A stretch of 64,000 nucleotides of DNA from Rhodocyclaceae bacterium. GTDB lineage: Bacteria; Pseudomonadota; Gammaproteobacteria; Burkholderiales; CAIKXV01. The number at the start of each line of letters is the position of its first letter. Within the stretch, counting starts at the first letter, position 1. Below are positions 1 through 9,659 of the stretch, piece after piece. The stretch is from assembly GCA_020248265.1 (NCBI GenBank), contig JADCHX010000002.1:384011-448010 (forward strand), written 5' to 3'. The notes beneath the pieces are model-generated. The model worked only from the letters and a program-made list of their open reading frames with translations, was not told where the DNA came from and did no database searches. The position numbers were made by a program, and so were the translations under genes.

Positions 1-578
1 GCATTGACCAGGTCGTAGTCGCCCAGGCGCGGCTCGCCGCAGACGAACATCGGATGCAGCATCACGGCCGCGTTCAGGCGCGATGCAGTCTCCCAGAACG
101 GATCGAGGTCGGGCGAATCGAGGTTGCCGCCTTCGCCGCTGGGCAGCGTGCCGACCATGACGCCGCCGAAACCCTGGCCCATCGCCTCTTCCAGCACCTG
201 CGCCGCCAGCTTGCCGCTCTGCATCGGCACGGTGGCCAGCGGCGTGAAGCGCTTCTCGTCGCCGAGATTCTCGAGCGTGCATGCGTTCATGAATCGGCTC
301 CAGGCGAGCCCCTGCTCGGGCGGCAGCTCGTAGCCGGTGGCGTCCATCCAGGCACCGACCAGCTGGTGGTCGATGCCGTTGGCATCCATCCAGGCACGCC
401 GGTCCGCCAGCGCCGACAGCTTCGGCATGATCGGCCGCGACAGGTCCTTGCCGACGAAACCGATGCGCACACCCTTGTCGTCGCGCTTCAGCGCGACGCC
501 GGGGAACTTCGAGGCTTCGCGCTCGAAGCGGTCGAACACGAGCTGCGGAATGTAGTGGGCGTGGATGTCGATGATCAT
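1..578 (-). CDS. Amidohydrolase-2 family (ACMSD/LigW-type metal-dependent decarboxylase/hydrolase), N-terminal part only; the gene runs off the window start
   Basis: Open-ended, so absent from the ORF track. Reverse-strand ATG at 576-578 reads MIIDIHAHYIPQLVFDRFEREASKFPGVALKRDDKGVRIGFVGKDL...GGVMVGTLPSGEGG...FWETASRLNAAVMLHP. It has the N-terminal D-x-H-x-H metal motif and strong GC3 bias. It lies 58 nt downstream of the large-subunit stop on the same strand. Confidence 0.7.
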   Translation of the reverse strand, partial: MIIDIHAHYIPQLVFDRFEREASKFPGVALKRDDKGVRIGFVGKDLSRPIMPKLSALADRRAWMDANGIDHQLVGAWMDATGYELPPEQGLAWSRFMNACTLENLGDEKRFTPLATVPMQSGKLAAQVLEEAMGQGFGGVMVGTLPSGEGGNLDSPDLDPFWETASRLNAAVMLHPMFVCGEPRLGDYDLVN

Positions 579-636
579 GCGTGGGGCCTTGGTGGGTTCG
601 GGGTGGCGAGGAATGCTTCGTGCAGCGCCGCGCGGT

Positions 637-3060
637 TCAGGCGGCGTCCTTCATCGTCGGCTTCGCGCGTGCAGCCCGGATCAGGCCCCACAGCGCGAGG
701 TGGGACATCGGCGTCTCGGCGATGGCCGTGCCGATCGGGTCGAGCGCATCGTTGATCGCGCAGGCAATCGCAGCCGGCCCGCCGAGATAGCCGGCCTCGC
801 CGGAACCCTTCTGGCCGAAGGTGGTCAACGGCGATGGCGTGCAGTGATCGACGATGCTGATCTCGGGCACCTCGAGCGCACTCGGGATCAGGTAATCCAT
901 GAAGGTGCCCGACAGCAGCTGACCTTCTCCGGAGAACGCGAACTTCTCGTACAGCGCCGCCCCCACCCCGTGCGCGACGCCGCCGTAGGTCATGCCGTGC
1001 ACGATGTCCGGGTTGATCATCACGCCGCAGTCGTGGCCGACCACGTAGCGCTGCAGCACGGGCTTGCCTGTATCGGGATCGATCTCGACATAGACCACGT
1101 GCGTCTCGAACGAATAGCACGGATACATCTGCACCTGCCCGTCCTCGGTCGGCAGCGTGCCGCCGGTGGGGACCTCCCACACGAACTTGGCCTGCAGGCC
1201 CGGCTCGAGGTCCGGCGGCATCTTGTGGAACTTGCGGTGCGCGACCTCGACCAGCTGGTCCCAGGTCATGCGCTTCTCGGGATGCAGCGTGTCGAACACG
1301 TCGCCATCGCGATAGGTCACCGCGGACTCGGCGAGCCCCAGGTTGTGCGCTCCGATCCGCACCAGCGTGTCGCGGATCTTGCGCGCTGCGCCCGCGGCGG
1401 CGCCGCCGAGCATGATCGCCATCCGGCTGCCCACCGGGCTGTTCGACGGCAGTGCGTTGAGCGAATCGGCCGCGATCACGCGGATGCCGGAGGGATCGCG
1501 CTCGAGCACCTCGCCGACGACCGTCGACACCAACGTCTGGTGCCCCTGTCCGGAACTCGAGGTGCCGAACACGCCGGTGATCGCACCGTTGAGATCGACG
1601 CGTACCAGGCACGAATCCATCCAGGTGGTGGTCTCGTTCTTCGGGTTGAACAGCGGCTCGAACGACGAGTTGCCGCCCGAGGGCTCGAGGCAGGTCGACA
1701 CGCCGATGCCGGCCAGCCGCCCTGCCCGGCGCGCTTCGTCCCGGCGCCGCACCAGGCCCTCGTAGTCGGCCGCCTTCAGGGCCTTGTCGAGCACCGTGTG
1801 GTAGTCGCCCGAGTCGTAGGTGGTTCCGCTCGGGATGCGGTAAGGGAACTCTTCCTTGCGGATCAGGTTCTTCCGGCGCAGCTCGAGGCGGTCCATGCCG
1901 AGGTGGCGAGCGACCCGGTCGATCGTGCATTCCATCGCGAAGTTGGTCGGTGCCTGGCCGAAGCCGCGCACCGCCTCCTGCGGCGTCTTGTGCGTCATCA
2001 CCGACGTGGGTTCGTATTCGACCGCCGGGATGCGGTACGGACCGCAGATCGCACTGACCGGCTTGCCCAGCTGCAGCGGCGAGCGGCCGGCATAGGCGCC
2101 GACATCGTCCAGGGCCTTTATCTTCCAGGCACGGATCGTGCCGTCGGCGTCGAACGCGACCTGCATGTCGAAGATACGGTCCGGGCCGTGCATGTCGCCG
2201 CCGCGCATGTTCTCGAGGCGGTCTTCCAGGAAACGCACCGGCGCACGCAGCTTCATCGCCAGGTAGGACACCAGCAGCGTGTGCTTGATGCCGCGCTTCA
2301 CGCCGTAGCTGCCGCCGACATCGACGTCGAAGTGCACGCGTACCGAATTGCCCGGCAGGCGCAGCGCGCGCGCGAGCTGGTCGGGGAACTTCGGCATCTG
2401 GATCGAGGCCCAGATGTCGAGGATCTCGTTGCCGGCGTCCCATTGCGCCACCGCGACGAAGGTCTCGATCGGTACCGTCGCGCTGCGCCCCCACCGGGCG
2501 CGGAACGCGAGTCGGTGGTCGGCGTTCTCGAACGCCTCGTCGACCGCCCCCCAGACGAACTTGCGGTGATAGAGCACGTTGGTGCCGTGTTCCGGATGCA
2601 CCAGCACTGCGCCCGGCCTGGCCGCATCCTCAGGATCGACCAGGTGCGGCAGTGGCTCGTAGTCGACCTCGACCAGCTCCACCGCGTCCTCGGCGATCGC
2701 GCGCGTCTCGGCCACCACTGCCACCACCCACTCCCCGGCATAACGCACCAGCCCGTCGGCCAGCGGGTAGCGCTTGACCTTCGGCGCATCGACGCCGACA
2801 TACAGCGCATCGACCGCCGCGCACAGCTCGGCACCGGTCAGCACATAGCGCACGCCGGGCAGTGCCAGCGCTTCGGCGGTTGCGATCGACCTGATGCGCG
2901 CGGACGGATACGGACTGGCGACGATCGCCACATGCAGCATGCCGGGCAACTGGATGTCGGCCGCATAGCGGCCGCGCCCGGTGACGAAGCGCGGGTCTTC
3001 CTTGGTGCGCCGCCTGGCACCGATGTAGCGAAAGCCGTACGGCGAAGTCTTCTCAGCCAT
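637..3060 (-). CDS. Xanthine dehydrogenase/CoxL-family molybdopterin-binding large subunit
   Basis: ORF 637..3261 trimmed to the ATG at 3058-3060 (MAEKTSPYGFRYIGARRRTKEDPRFVTGRGRY...), 11 nt after the small-subunit stop. Family-typical segments are VDVGGSYGVK, HKTPQEAVRGFGQAP and GQKGSGEAGYLGGPAAIACAINDAL. Gene order is M-S-L. Confidence 0.9.
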   Translation of the reverse strand: MAEKTSPYGFRYIGARRRTKEDPRFVTGRGRYAADIQLPGMLHVAIVASPYPSARIRSIATAEALALPGVRYVLTGAELCAAVDALYVGVDAPKVKRYPLADGLVRYAGEWVVAVVAETRAIAEDAVELVEVDYEPLPHLVDPEDAARPGAVLVHPEHGTNVLYHRKFVWGAVDEAFENADHRLAFRARWGRSATVPIETFVAVAQWDAGNEILDIWASIQMPKFPDQLARALRLPGNSVRVHFDVDVGGSYGVKRGIKHTLLVSYLAMKLRAPVRFLEDRLENMRGGDMHGPDRIFDMQVAFDADGTIRAWKIKALDDVGAYAGRSPLQLGKPVSAICGPYRIPAVEYEPTSVMTHKTPQEAVRGFGQAPTNFAMECTIDRVARHLGMDRLELRRKNLIRKEEFPYRIPSGTTYDSGDYHTVLDKALKAADYEGLVRRRDEARRAGRLAGIGVSTCLEPSGGNSSFEPLFNPKNETTTWMDSCLVRVDLNGAITGVFGTSSSGQGHQTLVSTVVGEVLERDPSGIRVIAADSLNALPSNSPVGSRMAIMLGGAAAGAARKIRDTLVRIGAHNLGLAESAVTYRDGDVFDTLHPEKRMTWDQLVEVAHRKFHKMPPDLEPGLQAKFVWEVPTGGTLPTEDGQVQMYPCYSFETHVVYVEIDPDTGKPVLQRYVVGHDCGVMINPDIVHGMTYGGVAHGVGAALYEKFAFSGEGQLLSGTFMDYLIPSALEVPEISIVDHCTPSPLTTFGQKGSGEAGYLGGPAAIACAINDALDPIGTAIAETPMSHLALWGLIRAARAKPTMKDAA

Positions 3061-3071
3061 GGTTCGGTGTC

Positions 3072-3569
<498 letters not shown>

Positions 3570-3669
3570 GGTGTGCCCTGCCTGATGGGCCGCGGGTGGC
3601 TGCGCCGCGGCCGGGAGTGAAACGGGAACCTGTAACGGGACCGTCGCCGGCCCGCGCGGAGGCTGCGCG

Positions 3670-4563
3670 TCAGGCGCGCGTGCCCCTTGCGAGGCTGGCG
3701 GCGTTCGTGCGTGCCTGCCGCAGCACGCGCGCGGCGAGCACCCGCGCGAGGTGGACCCGGTATTCGGCCGTCGCGTGGACGTCGGAACCTGGATCGAGGT
3801 ACTGACCGATCGATTCGACCGCGGCGTCGATCGTCGCGTCCTCGAGCTGCGTGCCATGCAGCGACCGGGCGATCGCCTCGGCCGATACCGGGACTGACGC
3901 GGCGCCGCCGATACCCAGTGCCGCGCGCACGCAGCGCCCTGCGGAATCGATCTCGACCTGCGCGCAGGCGGCGACGATCGCGAAGTCACCGTGGCGGATG
4001 CTCACCTCGTCGAACGCGCTGCCGACCCGCTCGCCCTGCCAGACCGGCCAGTGCACTTCGACCAGGCATTCATCCGGCTCGGTCGCGGTCATCATCGGCG
4101 CCTGGAAGAACTCGTCAGCCGGCACCGTTCGCTCGCTGCCGGACCGGCGCAACAGAAAGGATGCACCGAGCGTCCGGGCGATCAGCGGAAGTTCAGCCGA
4201 GGGATCGGCGTGCACGAGGCTGCCGCCGATCGTGCCGCGGTTCTTCGTCTGCACATGGCCGACCCAGTAAAGCCCCTGGCGGATCAGTGGCACCGCGCGT
4301 GCGAGTTCGCCGTCGCGCTCCACGTCCACTTGGCGCAGGCCTGCGCCGGTCGCCCAGGCAGCACCGTCGCCCCGGCTACCCTTCAGTTCGGCGATCTCGT
4401 TGACATTGATCAACCAGGCCGGACGCGCAAGCCGCATCGCCATCATCGGCACCAGGCTCTGGCCGCCGGCCAGCAGCTTGGCATCCGCCCCATGCTCGGC
4501 GAGCAGGCTGCAGGCCTGCGCAATGCTGTCCGCCCGCGCATACTCGAAAATCGCAGCCTTCAT
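3670..4563 (-). CDS. FAD-binding medium subunit of the Mo hydroxylase (CoxM-like)
   Basis: ATG start with a GGAGA Shine-Dalgarno upstream. PCMH-type FAD-binding sequence: KLLAGGQSLVPMMAMRL ... NRGTIGGSLVHADPSAELP. Confidence 0.9.
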   Translation of the reverse strand: MKAAIFEYARADSIAQACSLLAEHGADAKLLAGGQSLVPMMAMRLARPAWLINVNEIAELKGSRGDGAAWATGAGLRQVDVERDGELARAVPLIRQGLYWVGHVQTKNRGTIGGSLVHADPSAELPLIARTLGASFLLRRSGSERTVPADEFFQAPMMTATEPDECLVEVHWPVWQGERVGSAFDEVSIRHGDFAIVAACAQVEIDSAGRCVRAALGIGGAASVPVSAEAIARSLHGTQLEDATIDAAVESIGQYLDPGSDVHATAEYRVHLARVLAARVLRQARTNAASLARGTRA

Positions 4564-4666
4564 CGTTTCTCCTGCAACTGCGGAAACGGCACCGGCTCCG
4601 CCGCCGAACCCTTGGCTCGACCGCAGGATTCCACCCTGAGGCCGGACCCCGGGTTCAGCCTCGCGT

Positions 4667-5227
4667 TCAACCCTTGACGCGGTTGCGGTACTCGTTCGTG
4701 CGGGTATCGATCTCGATCTTGTCGCCGGTATCGCAGAACAACGGCACCGGGATCTCGAAGCCGCTCTTCAGCTTCGCGGGCTTGAGCACCTTGCCCGAGG
4801 TATCGCCACGTACCGCCGGTTCCGTGTACATGATCTCGCGCACCAGCGTCTGCGGGATCTCGACGGAGATCGGGCGATCGTTGTAGATCACCACTTCGGC
4901 AGGCATGCCTTCCTCGAGATAGTTCAATGCATCGCCCATGTTGTCGCCATCGATGTCGAACTGGTTGAACTCGGCATCCATGAACACGTAAGACGGATCG
5001 GCGAAGTAGGAAAAGGTCACCTCCTTGCGCTCGAGCGAGACCATGTCGAACTTCTCGTCGGCACGGTACACCGACTCTGCGGCGGTGCCGGAGAGCAGGT
5101 TCTTGAGCTTCATCTTCACGACCGAGGCGTTGCGGCCCGACTTGCTGAACTCGGCCTTCTGGACGACCATCGGGTCCTTGCCGACCATGATGACGTTGCC
5201 CGGGCGGATTTCCTGTGCGGTTTTCAT
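4667..5227 (-). CDS. efp: Elongation factor P (Arg32 type)
   Basis: Full-length EF-P-like sequence of 186 aa. The loop [10 protein letters not shown] places Arg at residue 32, the EarP-modified variant. Confidence 0.97.
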   Translation of the reverse strand: MKTAQEIRPGNVIMVGKDPMVVQKAEFSKSGRNASVVKMKLKNLLSGTAAESVYRADEKFDMVSLERKEVTFSYFADPSYVFMDAEFNQFDIDGDNMGDALNYLEEGMPAEVVIYNDRPISVEIPQTLVREIMYTEPAVRGDTSGKVLKPAKLKSGFEIPVPLFCDTGDKIEIDTRTNEYRNRVKG

Positions 5228-5244
5228 TTGTGCACCACTGGATC

Positions 5245-5292
5245 GTTGAACTGCGCGCTGGACTGCGCGTTGGACTGAGGGTTGGACTGCCC
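5245..5292. repeat. Four tandem 12-nt units (gttgaactgcgc, gctggactgcgc, gttggactgagg, gttggactgccc), with a fifth GGACT core at 5293-5297
   Basis: Read directly from the sequence. The array lies 18-65 nt upstream of the efp ATG, in the earP-efp intergenic region. Confidence 0.9.
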
Positions 5293-5336
5293 GGACTCGT
5301 TCGACCGGCCTGGCCGCACCAATTCCGAAAAGCCCT

Positions 5337-6548
5337 CTATTTTAGCTGCTCCCGGCAGAAACCTGCCAGTCTGGCAGCGAGGTCAGGCTGCCCGCCGAGA
5401 GACGTCGCCAGCGCGCTGGCGCGCCGATGCAGTGCCGGCAGCCCCGCCAGCACCGCCGGCCAGGCGGCCGCGACCCGCTGGCCGCGCGCCGCCGGCGCGA
5501 CGCGGCAGCCGTTCCAGGCGTGCTGCAGCGCTGCCAGCGCCACGGCGGCGGCGCGCTCCCCGACGTCGTTCGTGGCCACCGACCCGTACAGTCGGTCACA
5601 GACATCGATGAAGGCCTGCAGTTTCGGGCATTGCGCATCGTCCTGCTGCGGATACAGTTGCCAGCAAAGCGGCTGCGCCGCCCACAGCCCTCGCACCAGC
5701 GAGTCCTCCCCGCGCACGAAGTTGAGATCGGCCGACCAGAGCAGCCGGTCGTAGTCGGGCTGGGACAGGAACGGAAGCGTACGTACCTGCAGCATGCCGG
5801 CCGACGCGGCGCCGGCGGTGGAACGCACGCCGCCGGTGGCAAACCACTCGGCCACGCCGTCCGCGAGCGGACCCGGCGCCACCGCGAGTACCACCGGCCG
5901 TGGTCCGGCAGCCATCGCTGCGAGCAGGTCGTGCAGGCCCGGGTTCGCGTAGCCGAACAGCGACACCAGCGCCGCCTGGCCGTCGAGGCGCGGCAATCCG
6001 AGCCGCTGCCGGAACCGGGCCTGCTCGTACCCATCGGCTTCAAAAGCGGCCCGCGCCTCCAGCAACCCCTGCTCGCGCAGCAGCCCGCCAGTGCCCGGGT
6101 CGAAGCCCGGGCAGAAGAACCGGCGGCGGATGTCGAGGGCAGGATGCGGAGAGGCCAGCCGGTGCACGTCGGCGGCCCAGCGCTCCGCGGTCAGATATTC
6201 CAGCACGATCCACAATGCGCGCGGCCGGCGCGCAGCGAGCGCCGAGGCATAGCCGTCCGGCAGCCCGCCCCCGAACGCATCGATCGCGATGTCCGGCAGG
6301 TCGGCTTCCTCGGCCGACGGCGGCGAGCGGTGCACCTGGACCGCATCCAGCCGCTGGACGTCGAGCCTCGGATCGAGGGCTGGTTGCAGCGCCGCGAGCA
6401 CCTCCATCCGGTCGATCCAGAGCCGCACACGAAATCCCTGCTCGCCCGCCAGCGACCGCGCCAGGCGCCAGCACACCGCAGCATCGCCATAGTTGTCGAC
6501 CACGCGGCAGAATACGTCGCAACGCAGCGCATCGGCATCCGGCGTCAT
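5337..6548 (-). CDS. earP: EF-P arginine-32 rhamnosyltransferase EarP
   Basis: ORF 5337..6809 trimmed to the ATG at 6546-6548 ([46 protein letters not shown]). The CD-x-FC-x-VVDNYGD-x-x-VCWRLAR N-terminus is the EarP/DUF2331 hallmark. The gene is adjacent to an Arg32 efp. Confidence 0.85.
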   Translation of the reverse strand: MTPDADALRCDVFCRVVDNYGDAAVCWRLARSLAGEQGFRVRLWIDRMEVLAALQPALDPRLDVQRLDAVQVHRSPPSAEEADLPDIAIDAFGGGLPDGYASALAARRPRALWIVLEYLTAERWAADVHRLASPHPALDIRRRFFCPGFDPGTGGLLREQGLLEARAAFEADGYEQARFRQRLGLPRLDGQAALVSLFGYANPGLHDLLAAMAAGPRPVVLAVAPGPLADGVAEWFATGGVRSTAGAASAGMLQVRTLPFLSQPDYDRLLWSADLNFVRGEDSLVRGLWAAQPLCWQLYPQQDDAQCPKLQAFIDVCDRLYGSVATNDVGERAAAVALAALQHAWNGCRVAPAARGQRVAAAWPAVLAGLPALHRRASALATSLGGQPDLAARLAGFCREQLK

Positions 6549-6684
6549 CGATCGCGTCCTGGCAGGGTATCCATGCTGCGGACTGTACCGGATCGGCCGC
6601 GACCGCCCGGCGCAGCGCAGCGGTCGCGCGGACACCCGCAGGCGCGATTCACCGATGCGCCCGGCCATGCGATCCTCGCCCCCG

Positions 6685-7152
6685 ATGGACACCTTCACCA
6701 CCACCCTGCTGCTGGCGGGCCTGGCCGGCGGCTTCGGCTGGCTGATGCTGGCCGCCGCGCGCAGCCGGCGCGGCCAGGGAGAAGCCCTTGCCCGGCATGC
6801 GCTGACCATTCCGGACGCGCTCGTACTCCCCCTGCACGACCACCTGCTGGACGCGGCCCTGGCCCACTATGCCGAGCGCGAACTGCGCGCCGGGCGCACG
6901 CTGCTGGAGTTCGCGGTCACCCTGCGCGACCGGCTCGACCGGCAGGCCGGGCTCGAGCACGGTGCGCTGAATCGCGCGAAGATCCGGTCGCGGCTGATGC
7001 CGGCGGCACACCGGTTGCGCGGCGATCCGAACCCGTTCCGGGTGCGCGAGTTCCGCGAAACGTTCCTGCTCGCACTGGACGCCGAGCGCGATCCCGTGCA
7101 ACTGCATCCACTCGTCGAGGGCTTCCGTGCCGCCTCGTCCGGCGGCGCCTGA
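6685..7152 (+). CDS. Hypothetical protein with an N-terminal transmembrane helix
   Basis: ORF 6493..7152. I picked the ATG at 6685 (MDTFTTTLLLAGLAGGFGWLMLAAA...); starts at 6655 or 6667 are also possible. GC3 bias is strong in this frame. No family recognised. Confidence 0.5.
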   Translation: MDTFTTTLLLAGLAGGFGWLMLAAARSRRGQGEALARHALTIPDALVLPLHDHLLDAALAHYAERELRAGRTLLEFAVTLRDRLDRQAGLEHGALNRAKIRSRLMPAAHRLRGDPNPFRVREFRETFLLALDAERDPVQLHPLVEGFRAASSGGA

Positions 7153-7169
7153 GCTGCCGACCCGCGCCG

Positions 7170-7784
7170 TCAGCCGTTGCGCCGGCTGAATGTCACCGAG
7201 CGCCAGGCCAGGCCGCTGTCCTCGCGGCTGACTTCGACGTCGCCGGTGGCTTCGTCGCTCTCGCGAATGGTGAACGCCAGCCCGAGTGGCGGCAGCGCGT
7301 CTTCCTTCCAGTCTAGCCGGTAGCGCGCGGCGATCGCGTCGGTGTCCAGCCGTGGCAGCTTCGAGTCCGCCGGCTCGATCAACTCCAGCACGCCCTCCCA
7401 GTTGTCGCCGGCGCTGGTGATGCCGCCGCTGCTATTGGCAAAGGGCAGCAAGCCGTTGCGCTCGACGAAGCGCGACAGCACCGCGACGCCCACCGCGTCC
7501 ACGGCCGGCGCCGACAGCGTAGGCAGCGCGAGCAGCGAGACGACCGGCGGCGCGGCGTCGGCGAGCACCGCGGCGAGCAGATCGTTGCTGCGCTCGGGAT
7601 GCTTGAACAGGGCACGCAGGTCGGCACGCAGGTCGCCGGCCACGTTGGCCGCCAGGATGCGCGAGGCAGCGCGCGGATAGCCGATGCGGAACGGCGCGCC
7701 GATGAAGTAGATCCCGGCACAGGGCGGCAGCTTCGCGCGCAGGTCTGCGAACGGCTGCCACTGGATGCGTACGGTCAGGTCCAT
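7170..7784 (-). CDS. Hypothetical protein of 204 aa with no signal peptide
   Basis: ATG start and a clean GC3-biased frame. It begins 4 nt after the stop of the upstream lipoprotein gene. A weak GIY...R...H-like N-terminal pattern (AGIYFIG...DLRADLRALFKH) is noted but not established. Confidence 0.65.
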   Translation of the reverse strand: MDLTVRIQWQPFADLRAKLPPCAGIYFIGAPFRIGYPRAASRILAANVAGDLRADLRALFKHPERSNDLLAAVLADAAPPVVSLLALPTLSAPAVDAVGVAVLSRFVERNGLLPFANSSGGITSAGDNWEGVLELIEPADSKLPRLDTDAIAARYRLDWKEDALPPLGLAFTIRESDEATGDVEVSREDSGLAWRSVTFSRRNG

Positions 7785-7787
7785 CGC

Positions 7788-8363
7788 TCACTCACGGACC
7801 ACCTCGACCTTCAGGGCCTGGGTGACCAAGGCCCGGCGCGTCTGCAGGAAGATTGCCGCCTGCCGACCATAGGCGGCGATGAACTTCGGTTCGCCGAGCA
7901 CCACCGCATAGTGAGTGCGGTCGAGCATCGACTGGCGCAGGTTCTTCACCATGTCCTCGGTCACCGGCGGCGAACGCAGCGATACCACGAAGTGGTCCCC
8001 GGTCTCGGGGCGCAGCCGGATCGGCGCGGCCAGCGCCGCCGGAGAAGGATTGACCAGCGGCTGGTAGGCGGCGAGGAACTCCAGCACACCGTCCTCGCCG
8101 CCGGTGACCGAGCGTCCGAGGCGCACGTCGACGATACGGCCGATCCAGAGTACCGTCGGCTGCACGCCGGCCTTGTTTCGGATCGTCGCCTGCGTCTCGC
8201 GCGGGCTCCATTTCCATTCGATGCCGCCGATGCCTTCGATCAGCGCGATGGCCTCCTGCGACTGGGCGACCGCGGCCGGCTGCTGCGCCAGCAGCGGACC
8301 GGACAGCCAGGACATCGCGCAGGCCAGCACAACTGCACGCGCCGATCGGCACGCGACGCTCAC
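7788..8363 (-). CDS. Slp-family-like outer-membrane lipoprotein
   Basis: GTG start overlapping the upstream stop (GTGA). Signal peptide with a VLAC lipobox-like cysteine. VLWIGRIVDV...VLEFLAAYQPL resembles the Slp pattern (RFGGKVINV...LLEI..LPL). Confidence 0.55.
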   Translation of the reverse strand: MSVACRSARAVVLACAMSWLSGPLLAQQPAAVAQSQEAIALIEGIGGIEWKWSPRETQATIRNKAGVQPTVLWIGRIVDVRLGRSVTGGEDGVLEFLAAYQPLVNPSPAALAAPIRLRPETGDHFVVSLRSPPVTEDMVKNLRQSMLDRTHYAVVLGEPKFIAAYGRQAAIFLQTRRALVTQALKVEVVRE

Positions 8364-8782
8364 GACGGCTGTCCTGCGGAAACCGGCGCGCGCTGGCGTG
8401 TCATCGGCATGCCCAGCAGCGCGAACAACAGGTGCGATCCGTAGACATACCAGAGCAGCATGTGCGCCAGGGTCGGGAACGCGGAGCCGTACAGCAACTG
8501 GTTGAGCAGCGGGATCACCACGGTCTGGATCAGTCCGATCACGCCGAGGATGGCGGCAAACACCCGCACCAGCCCGAGCAGGTCGCCGCGCCGCAGGTAG
8601 AGCACGAGCAGCGCGAGTTCCACCAGCGACAGGAACGCCGCACCCATCGGCACGCGATTCGAACGCAACACGTTCGGGTCTGTCTCGGAAAGGCCCGATG
8701 CGATCAACCAGCCGAAGAACAGCAGCACGACCGCGATCGCAAGCAGGAAGTTGATCGACACGAAGCGGCGTGCGGCGGGCAT
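8360..8782 (-). CDS. Hypothetical integral membrane protein (about 4 TM helices)
   Basis: ATG at 8780-8782. Hydrophobic segments run throughout. First gene of a three-gene, overlap-coupled unit. Confidence 0.6.
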   Translation of the reverse strand: MPAARRFVSINFLLAIAVVLLFFGWLIASGLSETDPNVLRSNRVPMGAAFLSLVELALLVLYLRRGDLLGLVRVFAAILGVIGLIQTVVIPLLNQLLYGSAFPTLAHMLLWYVYGSHLLFALLGMPMTRQRAPVSAGQPS

Positions 8783-8966
8783 CGGCGGGCGGCGGGGAGC
8801 GGCAGTAGAGACAGAGGCCGGTATGCTAACCCGCCGGAAGCGGTGGGTCGCGCCAGATCGACGCGATCGTCGTGGACGCAGCCGGACATGCGCCGGCAGG
8901 CCGGCGCCTCCGGACCGCTCTGCTACGCTTGCGCTCCTTCAGAACCCTGTCCTGCCCGGAACCCGC

Positions 8967-9659
8967 GTGACCGCACTGCTCGAACTGATCGATGTCGGCA
9001 AGCGCGTGGGCACGGAGCGGCCGAGGACGCTGTTCGAAGGCCTGTCGTTCGCAGTGCACGCTGGCGAATCGATCGCGCTGGTCGGCGAATCCGGCACCGG
9101 CAAGTCGACGCTGCTCAACGTGATGGCCGGGCTCGACCGGGCGGACAGCGGCCGGGTACGGCTCGACGGCATCGACCTGGCCACGCTTGGCGACGATGCG
9201 CTCGCGTGGCTGCGGCGCCGGCGCATCGGCTTCGTGTTCCAGGCCTTCCACCTGCTGCCACAGCTGACGCTGCTGCAGAACGTCGCGCTGCCGCTGCAAC
9301 TGCTGGAGGTGCCCCGCGCCGAGGCGCACCCGCGCGCGCTGGCGATGCTGGAGGCGGTCGGCCTGGGCGGACGGGCGGACGATCCAGTGCAGCAGCTGTC
9401 CGGCGGCGAAGCGCAGCGAGTCGCGGTCGCACGTGCACTGGTGCACCGGCCGGCACTGGTGCTCGCCGATGAACCGACCGGCAACCTCGACAGCGCTGCC
9501 GCCGACGGCGTGCTCGCGCTGTTGCGCACCCAGGTGAAGGCACATGACGCCGCCTGCGTGCTGGTCACCCATTCGATGCGCGCTGCGGGCAGCGCCGATC
9601 GGGTGCAGCGGCTGACCGCCCATGGCGTTGCACCGGATTTCGAGGCCGGCCCGGCATGA
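8967..9659 (+). CDS. ABC transporter ATP-binding protein (LolD/MacB-type, AttE-like)
   Basis: ORF 8751..9659. Walker A is GESGTGKST, the signature is LSGGEAQRVAVARAL and Walker B is LVLADEPTGNLD. The GTG at 8967 is in frame and gives a normal N-terminus (VTALLELIDVGKR). The upstream extension is Arg-rich junk. The start is uncertain. Confidence 0.85.
   Translation: MTALLELIDVGKRVGTERPRTLFEGLSFAVHAGESIALVGESGTGKSTLLNVMAGLDRADSGRVRLDGIDLATLGDDALAWLRRRRIGFVFQAFHLLPQLTLLQNVALPLQLLEVPRAEAHPRALAMLEAVGLGGRADDPVQQLSGGEAQRVAVARALVHRPALVLADEPTGNLDSAAADGVLALLRTQVKAHDAACVLVTHSMRAAGSADRVQRLTAHGVAPDFEAGPA

Noticed and set aside
7170-7784. A firm call of the 204-aa orphan as a GIY-YIG nuclease.
   Set aside because: Only a loose GIY...R...H pattern is present. 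The spacing to a second YIG-like element is non-canonical, and no catalytic Glu or Asn could be placed by eye. It is kept as a hypothesis to test inside the cluster finding, not as an annotation.
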